A program made the position numbers and the translations under genes. Of a stretch of 64,000 bases of DNA, positions 19,600 through 28,107 are shown piece after piece (within the stretch, counting starts at the first letter, position 1; every line of letters begins with the position of its first letter). Where the stretch lies: positions 800,001 to 864,000 of the forward strand of contig AP038806.1 in NCBI GenBank assembly GCA_047150005.1, written 5' to 3'. The DNA is from Nitrospira sp. GTDB lineage: Bacteria > Nitrospirota > Nitrospiria > Nitrospirales > Nitrospiraceae. The notes beneath the pieces are model-generated. The model was not told the DNA's origin, ran no database searches, and worked only from the letters and a program-made list of their open reading frames with translations.

Positions 19600-19852
19600 C
19601 TGATCGTAGCCTTGATGTTTTCGCGGCGAGGGAAAAGCTATTTGCAGACTAAGTAGTTCTACCTGGTGCCCCCACCGGGATTAGCGGGCTTTTGTAGCGG
19701 TCCTGATCGCTCATGGGGCATCTCTTTCCGCGGGTTTGTGAATGCCGCATGACCTGCAGTTTACGATTTTTCAGAAAAGCCGACCTTAGACCACATAAAC
19801 CCACAAAAGCCCTAAATTTGTCATGTCCTGATAGCACGATCGTAGCAGACGA
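19600..19852. repeat. att-like site 3: left arm, core (19664-19682, 2 mismatches) and shortened right arm
   Basis: GCAGACTAAGTAGTTCTACC-TGGTGCCCCCACCGGGATT; tail frame ends VNAA-stop at 19752; degenerate arm end 19829-19848. Confidence 0.85.
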
Positions 19853-20123
19853 TACCTAGGCTAGGTCTGGGCGCACCCTCGACCACAAGAAGCCAGAGAA
19901 GCGATACGACAATGTAAATGCCGCCGTACGCCGCAAAGGCCCTCCCGGCAAACGCAGCGTCAATTCTGGTCAAGCAAAGTGCGAAAAGCACTAGGCATGG
20001 GACTCCGGCCGCTACCCACCTAGATGTCCGATCCAGCCGGAGCCATGCCCAAAACGCAAAGCATCCCGCTATTTCAAAGATTGGAGCGAGAAGATACAGA
20101 CTTGTTGTGCTAACTGCTGTCAC
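19821..20123 (-). pseudogene. ynfA: YnfA (UPF0060/SMR-like) membrane protein, C-terminally truncated by the att arm
   Basis: [13 protein letters not shown] and [12 protein letters not shown] motifs; similarity ends at VEG and the last TM helix is replaced by arm sequence. Confidence 0.7.
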
Positions 20124-20135
20124 TTGTTTGGTTCC

Positions 20136-20948
20136 TTACACGCACACCGTCACACGCAAGAAGGTCGCAGGAATCGATGTGATGTCTTGACGCTGGCTTG
20201 CGTTTTGGCTGGTGAAGAGAGTCTCCAACTCCTTTTGCAGTTCGCCGGCGCGGCCGTTCTTGTTCGCCGCTTCAAAAGCGTTCATGGTGGGTCCGTAGTA
20301 CTGTCTGAAGGTCTCAACGAACTCCGAGGGCGTGCCGCGATAGTTGAAGGTATAGGTATCTCTAACAAAAGAGATCTTCTCCTGAGCAATTCCTGCCTTG
20401 GCAAATCGCTCGATCACGTTGATCTCGATCCCCCACGTCATCGGACTCACGAAGCCCTCGGGCGGTGGAGGTGAGTAGGCCGAACTGGTTTTCAGAATTT
20501 GCGCAACCAGTGTGGGATCGTTGGGAATCCAGTTCCCCATTACGATCCGGCCGCCAGGTTTGGTCACGCGCACCATTTCGTTGGCCACGTCAAATGGTTT
20601 GGGGGCAAACATGGCTCCAAAGATACTTACGACAAGATCAAACGTTTCGGCTTTCAACTCGTGTAACGCGGATGCATCCCCTTCCTGGAACCGGCAGTCA
20701 GCGAGTCCTTCCCGCTGCGCACGCCTGTTCCCGGCCTCAACCAGATTGCGCGCAATGTCGACGCCCAGCACGTCCGCTCCGAGCCTGGCCGCGGGCAACG
20801 CCGTTGTACCGTCGCCACATCCGAGGTCCAAGACTTTGAGCCCCGCCGTGATGCCGAGGCCCTTGACGAGAGCTTCTCCGCTCTCGCGCATGGTTGCTGC
20901 AATCCGAGTAAAGTCACCCTTTTCCCACAATGCTTGATTTGGATTCAT
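20136..20948 (-). CDS. Class I SAM-dependent methyltransferase
   Basis: VLDLGCGDG, GDA, FDLVVSIFGAMFAP, KPGG motifs. Confidence 0.9.
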   Translation of the reverse strand: MNPNQALWEKGDFTRIAATMRESGEALVKGLGITAGLKVLDLGCGDGTTALPAARLGADVLGVDIARNLVEAGNRRAQREGLADCRFQEGDASALHELKAETFDLVVSIFGAMFAPKPFDVANEMVRVTKPGGRIVMGNWIPNDPTLVAQILKTSSAYSPPPPEGFVSPMTWGIEINVIERFAKAGIAQEKISFVRDTYTFNYRGTPSEFVETFRQYYGPTMNAFEAANKNGRAGELQKELETLFTSQNASQRQDITSIPATFLRVTVCV

Positions 20949-20998
20949 GGGGATGGTTCCTTTCCTGAGTTAGAATGGATGGAGCATTGTGCGTTGCT

Positions 20999-21349
20999 TC
21001 AGTGTCTTATCCGCAGAATACACGCCACGAGGAAGTCTCCTGGTGGCGTGTACGCTGTAACGGGGGCGGATTCGTAAATGCGAATCTCGGGCGTGCCCCC
21101 AAGATAGGGTTGCAATGCAGTGACCACGTCCTTCTGAAACAAGGCGCTCTGCAGATACTGTTCTGCGTGCGTCTTCGAATCGAAACCGTGCAGGACCTGA
21201 ACATCTTCAGGCCGAATCAGCAATTGCTTCGATTCTGCTCCCGTGATCGTTGAAAGAAACGGTGTGCGATACTTTTCATACACCGCCGCTGCGGCCCTGC
21301 GATGCTCTCCCGCGATCGGCAACGTAATTTCTAGAAATGTGGAAGCCAT
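20999..21349 (-). CDS. Small hypothetical protein (dimeric alpha-beta barrel-like)
   Basis: AAAVY-KYR-PFL-TI-GA-SK-LL-R-EDVQVLHGF pattern; lies upstream of the methyltransferase on the same strand. Confidence 0.65.
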   Translation of the reverse strand: MASTFLEITLPIAGEHRRAAAAVYEKYRTPFLSTITGAESKQLLIRPEDVQVLHGFDSKTHAEQYLQSALFQKDVVTALQPYLGGTPEIRIYESAPVTAYTPPGDFLVACILRIRH

Positions 21350-21478
21350 ACGTTCACCCCTTGTGTAGTGTGTTTGCGAGTACGTCTCGCGAGGCCTCAC
21401 CGTTATGGTCAGGCATGTGCACTGTGACACAAGCCGTCGAAGCGGATCTGTTCGCTGGAGAACAGTCGGGACAAATTA

Positions 21479-22156
21479 TTATTGACCGAGCAAACGCTCG
21501 ATGCTGTCGATGTCTCGTACACAGAGATACTCCCGGCTATAGCCCAATATCCCTTGGTCACGCAGTCGGTTCAAAATCGTGCTGACCACGGGTCGAGTCG
21601 CCCCGACCAAATCTGCCAGTTCTTGCTGAGTGATCCGCAGATGCTGGCCAAACCCGTGCTCACACCGTCGATCGAATCCATTGGAGAGCTCCCGCAGGGT
21701 CTCAGCCAACCGCATTTCGGTCCGCTGGAAGGCCATACACGCCAGGCGACGCTCCAATTGCCGTTGGCGATTCGCATAGGCACGGATCAGCCGTACGCCG
21801 ATGGTGGGCACAGCCACGAGGAGCGCCTGCCACTCGTCTGCGGGAACCTTCCACAGCGAGACCGTCCCCCTCGCCATCGCTGATTCCTGCGCTTCGGTCT
21901 CGCGCGGATCGGCCAAGCCCGGTCCGAACATGTCTCCGACCGCGAGCAATCCGATCGTCAGCTCGTTCCCCTCCCGATTCACTTGAGCGAGCTTAATCTG
22001 TCCGTCACAAATTCCGAAGACCGAACCGCAGCGATCCCCTTGCGCGTATACCTCTGCCCGATGGCGCATCGTCTTTACGGCGGCCGAAGGACAGAGCCGC
22101 CCTAATTCCTTAGCCGATAACTCTCTCCATATCGGCTCCTCACTCATGGCTCCCAC
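21479..22156 (-). CDS. Crp/Fnr family transcriptional regulator
   Basis: cNMP-like domain (G-IKL, GDMFG) and ITQQELADLVGATRPVVSTILN HTH. Confidence 0.9.
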   Translation of the reverse strand: MGAMSEEPIWRELSAKELGRLCPSAAVKTMRHRAEVYAQGDRCGSVFGICDGQIKLAQVNREGNELTIGLLAVGDMFGPGLADPRETEAQESAMARGTVSLWKVPADEWQALLVAVPTIGVRLIRAYANRQRQLERRLACMAFQRTEMRLAETLRELSNGFDRRCEHGFGQHLRITQQELADLVGATRPVVSTILNRLRDQGILGYSREYLCVRDIDSIERLLGQ

Positions 22157-22194
22157 CTCTCAGCGAGCTACAGAAGAACCTCGGAATGGTTCGT

Positions 22195-22869
22195 TCAGGC
22201 TTTCATCTCTACGTCTAGCCCCGCAGCCTTCCATTCAGGGAAACCGTCTTCCAAGCGTCGCACTCGATATCCCTTGGCTCGGAGAGTCGCGACAGCGTCA
22301 AACGACCATAGACAGTAGGGCCCGCGACAATACGCAACGATTTCGCGGCGCTTTGGGAGGTCGCCGAGCCGTCGTTTTAGTTCCCCGATCGGAATATTGA
22401 TGGCCCCCGGGAGGTGTCCATGTGAGAATTCTGCTGCTGGACGAACATCGAGGACCGTTACTGTTCCGTCCTTGAGGCGGGTTGCCAGTTCTTTCCGTGA
22501 GATGGCTTCAAGGCTGTCGCGTTGGCTAAAGAAATCACGCATGACGCCCTGAATTTCAGCAATATTGCGCTCCCCAACCACACCCATAGCTTTGAGCAAG
22601 CTCACGACTTCCCCATCCCCAGCCAAGCGGTAAAAAATTCGCTTCCCTTGACGTTCGGCCTCAACTAAGCGTGCGCGTCGTAACAATTGCAGGTGCCTTG
22701 AAGTATTGGCGACCGTGAGATCCGTCGCATTCGCTAACTCTTCGACGCTACGGGGGCCTTGCGCCATACGTTCCAGTAACTCAAGACGGTGCGCGTGGCT
22801 GAGGGCCCGCGCGACTCCGGCCAGATTCTGGAAGATGACTTGTTTGGGGCTGCTTGACATCGTACCCAT
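22195..22869 (-). CDS. ArsR/SmtB regulator fused to a rhodanese domain
   Basis: ALSH-HRLELL...SRHLQLLR-A-LV HTH; LDVRP..EF..GHLPGA and AYCRGPYC rhodanese motifs. Confidence 0.9.
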   Translation of the reverse strand: MGTMSSSPKQVIFQNLAGVARALSHAHRLELLERMAQGPRSVEELANATDLTVANTSRHLQLLRRARLVEAERQGKRIFYRLAGDGEVVSLLKAMGVVGERNIAEIQGVMRDFFSQRDSLEAISRKELATRLKDGTVTVLDVRPAAEFSHGHLPGAINIPIGELKRRLGDLPKRREIVAYCRGPYCLWSFDAVATLRAKGYRVRRLEDGFPEWKAAGLDVEMKA

Positions 22870-22879
22870 TACAATCTAA

Positions 22880-22901
22880 CATTCACCAAATTGATTGAAT
22901 G
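22880..22901. promoter_or_regulatory. Palindromic operator candidate for the ArsR-rhodanese regulator
   Basis: CATTCA-N10-TGAATG inverted repeat in the divergent intergenic region, 10 bp from the regulator start. Confidence 0.5.
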
Positions 22902-23003
22902 ATAGCGCGACCGATGGGAGGCGTGCAAGCCATAATTCTTAGCCAGACAGAACCGTCGGCCTTCGGAAACACATAACCATCCACTCACAGACGAGAAGTT
23001 AGC

Positions 23004-23840
23004 ATGAAGACAGATGTGTTGATTCGCCTGACAGCTTTTCTCTCCGTGTTCAGTGTCATGGCGTTGTGGGAGTTGTTGGCTCCCCGTCGCAGGCTTACGA
23101 CTCCGAAAGGCAGAAGGTGGGCAGCGAATCTCACAATCGTCGTGTTGGATGCGGTGATTATCCGGCTTCTCTTTGCAGCTGGAGCGGTAGGCGCTGCGAT
23201 TGTTGCAGCCGATCGCGGATGGGGCCTCCTAAACCAGCTTAATTGGCCAGGATGGGTGGAAATACTCCTCGCTGTGGTGGGATTAGATCTCGTTCTTTAT
23301 TTGCAGCATGTGATGTTTCACGCTGTGCCACTATTCTGGCGCCTACACATGGTGCATCATGCTGACTTGGATTGTGATGTGACAACAGGCCTGCGTTTTC
23401 ACCCCATCGAAGTCGCCCTATCTATGGTGATTAAACTTGCGGCCGTGGCAGCACTTGGCCCTCCGCCTGTTGCCGTCGTCATTTTCGAAGTGCTCCTTAA
23501 TGCGACTTCCATGTTCAACCATAGCAATATCCGCATGGAGGCAGGGATTGATCGCATACTTCGTTGGCTTATCGTCACACCTGACATGCACCGCATTCAT
23601 CATTCGATTGTGACACAAGAGACCAACAGCAATTTTGGATTTAACCTGCCGTGGTGGGACAAGCTACTGGGCACATACCGACCTGGGCCCAAGGCCGGCC
23701 GCGAAGGGATGACTCTCGGTTTGGAGCAATACCGAGATCCTGCTCGCCTGACTTTGATGAGACTGCTTGTGCTTCCTTTTGTCGGCACAACTGGTAACTA
23801 TCCGCTGTGGCAAGGATCAAGCTCGAAAGCCCCAGAGTAA
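23004..23840 (+). CDS. Sterol desaturase/fatty acid hydroxylase family membrane protein
   Basis: His boxes HVMFH, HMVHH, FHP-E, FNHSN, HRIHH; NFG...WD-L-GTY. Confidence 0.9.
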   Translation: MKTDVLIRLTAFLSVFSVMALWELLAPRRRLTTPKGRRWAANLTIVVLDAVIIRLLFAAGAVGAAIVAADRGWGLLNQLNWPGWVEILLAVVGLDLVLYLQHVMFHAVPLFWRLHMVHHADLDCDVTTGLRFHPIEVALSMVIKLAAVAALGPPPVAVVIFEVLLNATSMFNHSNIRMEAGIDRILRWLIVTPDMHRIHHSIVTQETNSNFGFNLPWWDKLLGTYRPGPKAGREGMTLGLEQYRDPARLTLMRLLVLPFVGTTGNYPLWQGSSSKAPE

Positions 23841-23864
23841 ATACCTTCCAGACACGTATTTTGT

Positions 23865-23955
23865 GATGTTGCCGCGGAGATGACAAATCTTTTCGCAGAC
23901 TAGTTTTACCTGGTGCCCCCAACGGGATTAGAGGGCTTCGATGGGTCATGAGGTC
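23865..23955. repeat. att-like site 4: partial left arm, core (23911-23929, 1 mismatch) and truncated right arm
   Basis: GATGTTGCCGCGG...GCAGACTAGTTTTACC-TGGTGCCCCCAACGGGATT-AGAGGGCTT. Confidence 0.85.
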
Positions 23956-24163
23956 CTCCGCCGAAATGAGCCTGAAGCTGGACAGGCGGACACTTGATGC
24001 TTCCGTAGGAGCAGAATACGCAACAGTCGCCAGACTGTGGCCGTAGTATTGATTTACAGGACGGGCATTCAAAAAACACGACACAGGCATCAGCCGGCAT
24101 GTCTCGCTCCGTCTGCGCACCGCAATGCGGGCATGTAATGACCGCTCGACTCACTGTCTCCAT
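23906..24163 (-). CDS. GDCCVxC domain-containing protein; C-terminus reads into the att core
   Basis: ITCPHCG...MP-DAC..F-ECP-C...GDCCVFCSYG...CPPVQ. Confidence 0.85.
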   Translation of the reverse strand: METVSRAVITCPHCGAQTERDMPADACVVFFECPSCKSILRPQSGDCCVFCSYGSIKCPPVQLQAHFGGGPHDPSKPSNPVGGTR

Positions 24164-24398
24164 AGCTAGACGAGGGTACTCCTATTTCTGGATTCGAGTT
24201 AAGAGCGGAATTTACTCCTTCGTTCACACTCCGGGTCATTGAGACCGAAGCAGGTACCGTTGTGCCATGCGCCGGACTTATCCCTGAATGGCCGAGAAAA
24301 GGTCGTCCCGATGAATGGCCCTTTCTCGCTGACATTGTGCCAGATCTTTGATGTTGCCGCGGCGAGGACAACCTCTTTGCAGACTACGTAGTTCTACC
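23911..24398. mobile_element. Cargo cassette 4 (488 bp, single gene)
   Basis: Bounded by cores at 23911 and 24399. Confidence 0.65.
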
Positions 24399-24545
24399 TG
24401 GTGTCCCCAACAGGAATAGAGGGCTTTTGTAAAGGCCTGAATGGGTCGTGGGGCATACCCTTTAAGGGGTTCGTGAACGCGGCCTGACCTGCGGTTGACG
24501 AATTCCAGAAGATCCCACCTCAGACAACCTAAACCCACAAGAAGC
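24350..24545. repeat. att-like site 5: left arm, core (24399-24417, 2 mismatches) and right arm
   Basis: About six mismatches to site 2 over ~145 nt from the core (manual alignment); tail frame ends VNAA-stop at 24487. Confidence 0.9.
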
Positions 24546-24604
24546 AACAAACCAGACTGACCCCAAGGTGGGTGCAGATGGGACTGGTTTGGTCGGTGTT
24601 TGTC

Positions 24605-24767
24605 TAGAACCTATCTCAAAATCGATTTTTGATAGGATTCGGTCTCTGCATCGCTGACATGTACATGAAAAAGTCGTCACATTGCCTGACAAACACGGGT
24701 GCCTCCTTGAGCTTCGTGCAGTTGACTCCCTTCGAAATGCTAATTTTCAATTTTGAGATAGGTTCTA
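24605..24767. mobile_element. MITE/internally deleted IS, probably IS5 family
   Basis: Perfect 18-bp inverted repeats TAGAACCTATCTCAAAAT (24605-24622) and ATTTTGAGATAGGTTCTA (24750-24767), with TA at both ends; internal LSFVQL resembles an IS5 transposase C-terminus. Confidence 0.7.
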
Positions 24768-24906
24768 ATACGGATCAAGGTCGATGGAAAAGTTCAAAAG
24801 CTTTTTGTTCTGGCTTGTTGAAATCTGTTTGCGGGGACTGTCAAATGTAACAGTACCGCAGTTCATGAGCCCCACTTAGAATAATCCTACCAAGGAGGTA
24901 GAAAGT

Positions 24907-26301
24907 ATGAAAACGCTCGCGCTCTCCGTCCACCTGCTCGCCTGGTTCGGACTGGTTTTCGGCTCGCCCGTCCAAGCTCAGGCGGTCACGCCCGAGGAAG
25001 CCCGCGCCATCGCCAAGGAGGCGTACATCTGGGGGTATGCGCTGGTGGACGATTTCCGCATCTATAACGCGTACTTCGTTGACAAGGACAACCCCGAGTT
25101 CAAGGGCGGCTGGAACACCATCGGCAACAACACACGCCTCTACACGCCAGACGACACGACCATCCAGAGCATCAACGCCGACACGCTCTACTCGTTCATC
25201 GGCATCGATGTGCGCGATGAGCCGATCGTGATCACGGTGCCCCAGGTCGAGAAGGAGCGCTACTATGGGTGCAGCCTCTTCGACCTGTGGGGGTACGTCG
25301 AGATGTTCGGCACGCGCACGACCGGCAACGACGCCGCGAGCTTCCTGATCGCCGGTCCATTGTGGAAGGGCGAGACGCCCAAGGGCATTAAGAAACTCTT
25401 CCGAATCGAGACCACGTTCGGGGTTGCCGCGTTCCGCACGCAACTCTTTAACCCGAGTGACCTCGACAACGTCAAGAAGGTGCAGTCCGGGTACCAGGTG
25501 CAGACACTTTCGTCGTTCCTCGGCCAACCCGCTCCCAAGCACACACCGGTGCCCTTCGTGAAGCCACTGACGGTGGCTGAGCAGAAGACCTCGCTGGAGT
25601 TCTTCAGCGTTCTGAACAACCTCCTGCAGTTCGCTCCGATCCACTCCACCGAGGTCGAACTCAGGAAGAACGTCGCGAAGATCGGGATCGACGAGCGACT
25701 CCCCTTCGACGCCGCAAAGCTCTCCCCCGAGATCAAGACGGCAATCGAGCAGGGAAGGGCCGACGCCTGGGATGACATCAACGCCACCGTTAAGAAACTC
25801 AACACCGGTGAGATTACCGCCGGCGACTGCTACGGCACTCGAGAGTATCTCAAGAACAACTACCTCTACCGCGGCACGTGCATTTACCTCGCTGGCAACG
25901 CACAGCCGAAAGAGGAAGTCATCTACCCGTTCATCTCCGTCGATGCGGAGGCCAAACCGCTGGACGGCGCCAACAATTACACCATCACGTTCGCCGGGGA
26001 CCAACTTCCCCCCGCCAAGCAGTTCTGGTCAATCACGATGTACAACCTGCCCAAGCGCCTACTCGTAGCCAATCCGATCAATCGGTACCTCCTTAACACG
26101 CCGATGCTGCCCAACTGGGTGAAGAATGCCGACGGCGGCTACACCTTCTACATCCAGCACGAATCGCCGGGCAAGGACAAGGAAGCGAACTGGCTGCCCG
26201 CGCCGAATGGGCCGTTCTACATGGTTATGCGCCTTTACTTGCCAAGCATTGAAGCGCAAGAAGGCAAATGGAAGACACCCAGGCCGACACGGGTCAAATA
26301 A
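24907..26301 (+). CDS. DUF1254/DUF1214 family exported protein
   Basis: Signal peptide; A-EAYIWGY, NADTLYS, PPA--FWSITMY, NWLPAP-GPF-MVMRLY-P; AAGGAGG RBS. Confidence 0.9.
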   Translation: MKTLALSVHLLAWFGLVFGSPVQAQAVTPEEARAIAKEAYIWGYALVDDFRIYNAYFVDKDNPEFKGGWNTIGNNTRLYTPDDTTIQSINADTLYSFIGIDVRDEPIVITVPQVEKERYYGCSLFDLWGYVEMFGTRTTGNDAASFLIAGPLWKGETPKGIKKLFRIETTFGVAAFRTQLFNPSDLDNVKKVQSGYQVQTLSSFLGQPAPKHTPVPFVKPLTVAEQKTSLEFFSVLNNLLQFAPIHSTEVELRKNVAKIGIDERLPFDAAKLSPEIKTAIEQGRADAWDDINATVKKLNTGEITAGDCYGTREYLKNNYLYRGTCIYLAGNAQPKEEVIYPFISVDAEAKPLDGANNYTITFAGDQLPPAKQFWSITMYNLPKRLLVANPINRYLLNTPMLPNWVKNADGGYTFYIQHESPGKDKEANWLPAPNGPFYMVMRLYLPSIEAQEGKWKTPRPTRVK

Positions 26302-26387
26302 AAGAGGGGCAAGTTAGGTCTCCAGGAGAGGATCGGCGCGAGAAGCAATAAATAAAGTGGAAACTAATTGGGTGGGTAACTGCCCTG

Positions 26388-26562
26388 CGGTTTGTTAGTT
26401 CGCTGCCTCCCTTAGACGGCTATTATCGAGGAATCAGTTATATACCCCTGCTACCCGCCTACTACCAATGGTCAGACTTGAGATGCTTCTGAATAATCGC
26501 AGGCGTAGTTATGAAGTTGCTGCGGCGAGGAAAACTTTTTTTGCAGACTACGTAGTTCTACC
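26388..26562. repeat. Left-arm copy directly downstream of tRNA-Glu
   Basis: CTGCTACCCGCCTACTACCA at 26448-26467 and GCAGACTACGTAGTTCTACC abutting the CCA end; aligns with 16888-17055. Confidence 0.85.
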
Positions 26563-26640
26563 TGGTGTCCCCAACGGGATTCGAACCCGTGTTGCCGGCT
26601 TGAAAGGCCGGCGTCCTAGGCCAGGCTAGACGATGGGGAC
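26563..26640 (-). tRNA. tRNA-Glu (TTC), CCA encoded
   Basis: Reverse complement GTCCCCATCGTCTAGCCTGGCCTAGGACGCCGGCCTTTCAAGCCGGCAACACGGGTTCGAATCCCGTTGGGGACACCA folds as a cloverleaf; anticodon TTC; GGTTCGAATCC T-arm. Confidence 0.97.
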
Positions 26641-26786
26641 CCTGAGGCAGGCTATTGAGACAGCCTTGACACATACCACACTCCATGTCGACCTGTCACT
26701 AGACGATCGGTTCAAGTCGCGTTTTACCGATCATCTAGGGTAGGATGGGCGTCTGGTTTCGCGACCTTCGATAGGAGGAGTCCTAG

Positions 26787-27278
26787 ATGACCTCTCGTCC
26801 GCGACTCACAGCGTGGAACGTCGGACTAGTCTTGTTGAGCAGCCTGTGGCTGAGCCAATGTGCGCATGACACCTATCAAGAACGAGCCGATCTCATAAAA
26901 GAACATACGGAAGCTTTCTACAATCACTTGAAGGCCAATCGCATCGAGGCGGCCGTTCGTGAAAACGAACAGATCGAGGCCATGGCCAGTCGAATGGGAG
27001 AGACGGTCAGAAAGCTGGCGGCGAAACAGGGGACGACGCACGTGGAGCGCGAATTCGCCCTGATGAAGACCGCGAACGAAACGGCCGCCACCAACTGGCT
27101 TGCACTGGGCCAGTACTTTGCCATCAAGAAGCAGTATCCCCAGGCCCGCGCCACCTACCAACGTGTTGTTGACACCTATACCAATCCGACCGATCGACCG
27201 TATCGGGAACAGGCGGCTCGCGCCTTGATGGATCTGGATATTCTCAATCCCGCGACCGCATCCCCCACGAACCCGTGA
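26787..27278 (+). CDS. Hypothetical lipoprotein with a TPR-like C-terminal helix pair
   Basis: AGGAGG RBS; LSQC lipobox-like; LGQYF...YPQARATYQRVV. Confidence 0.75.
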   Translation: MTSRPRLTAWNVGLVLLSSLWLSQCAHDTYQERADLIKEHTEAFYNHLKANRIEAAVRENEQIEAMASRMGETVRKLAAKQGTTHVEREFALMKTANETAATNWLALGQYFAIKKQYPQARATYQRVVDTYTNPTDRPYREQAARALMDLDILNPATASPTNP

Positions 27279-27838
27279 ACAAACGGCCGTCGACTCACCG
27301 GCTCGGCCTCATCCTTGTCGGCCTTGCCCTGTTCTCGATCTCCGGCTGCGTGCATAAGATTCACGTATCCCCATCACCCCGGATGGAGGCGCAGGCAACG
27401 ATTCCCGTTTCGGCCCAGGTGGTGGTTCCGTTCCTTTCATTGGAGGGAGCCGACCATATGCCCGGCATCGGCTTGCTGGAATGGCCGGCCAAAGACCTTC
27501 GCGCGGCGGCCATCGATTATTTTGCGAAACGGCGGACGTTCCATGCGGTTGGTGACGAACCCGGCACCCTCACGCTCACAATCAAGGCCTGGTTGACGAT
27601 GCGGTCTCGCGGTTCATACGTGTACAAACTCCGGCTTGAGTCGGAGCTCGGACCGGCGGGCGAGCCTCCCATCGGTTCCTACCTCTCGGAGAAGACTGCG
27701 ATCGGGTCGGACGTCCGCTGGGTGACGGCGTCGGACAGGGAGCCGATCCAACAGACGGTCCAGGAGGCGTTGGACGATTTGGCGCAGCAAATCGAAGCCG
27801 ATGCCAAGCTGTACGAGAACAAGAAGGGCAGAAACTAG
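27275..27838 (+). CDS. Hypothetical lipoprotein
   Basis: ISGC lipobox; GTGA overlap with the upstream gene. Confidence 0.75.
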   Translation: MNKRPSTHRLGLILVGLALFSISGCVHKIHVSPSPRMEAQATIPVSAQVVVPFLSLEGADHMPGIGLLEWPAKDLRAAAIDYFAKRRTFHAVGDEPGTLTLTIKAWLTMRSRGSYVYKLRLESELGPAGEPPIGSYLSEKTAIGSDVRWVTASDREPIQQTVQEALDDLAQQIEADAKLYENKKGRN

Positions 27839-27848
27839 CTGGCGCGTT

Positions 27849-28073
27849 TCAGCGGGGCCGTCGAGCCCGGAACAGCAGCCAGGTTGCGGCACTGCCGATC
27901 AGCACACCGGACACCAGTATGGCGACCGCAATCACCGGTGTAGCAGCCTGCCATGGGAACCGTTCGCGGCGGCGAAGTTCGCGACTCAGGTTCGGCACGT
28001 GAGTTTCCGCACCCAGCCACGTCTCCGACGGCGATGCGTGCCGTGGTTTGGGCAAACCGATCGGGTCGTTCAT
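27849..28073 (-). CDS. Small hypothetical membrane protein
   Basis: C-terminal TM helix followed by a basic tail; AAGGA upstream; follows marR on the same strand. Confidence 0.4.
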   Translation of the reverse strand: MNDPIGLPKPRHASPSETWLGAETHVPNLSRELRRRERFPWQAATPVIAVAILVSGVLIGSAATWLLFRARRPR

Positions 28074-28107
28074 CTCATCCTTCAACAGATGCTCGGTTCG
28101 CGAGGAG

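Larger units (their letters stand above)
17056..19663. mobile_element. Cargo cassette 2 (~2.6 kb)
   Basis: Bounded by cores at 17056 and 19664. Confidence 0.7.
19664..23910. mobile_element. Cargo cassette 3 (~4.2 kb)
   Basis: Bounded by cores at 19664 and 23911. Confidence 0.7.
24399..26562. mobile_element. Cargo cassette 5 (~2.2 kb), tRNA-proximal
   Basis: Bounded by the core at 24399 and the tRNA 3' end at 26563. Confidence 0.7.

Noticed and set aside
7641..26640. CRISPR array or classical integron as the explanation for the recurring repeats
   Set aside because: Spacing is 0.5-9.4 kb and the repeats contain a tRNA end; no cas or intI gene, and no attC-type RYYYAAC/GTTRRRY palindromes were seen
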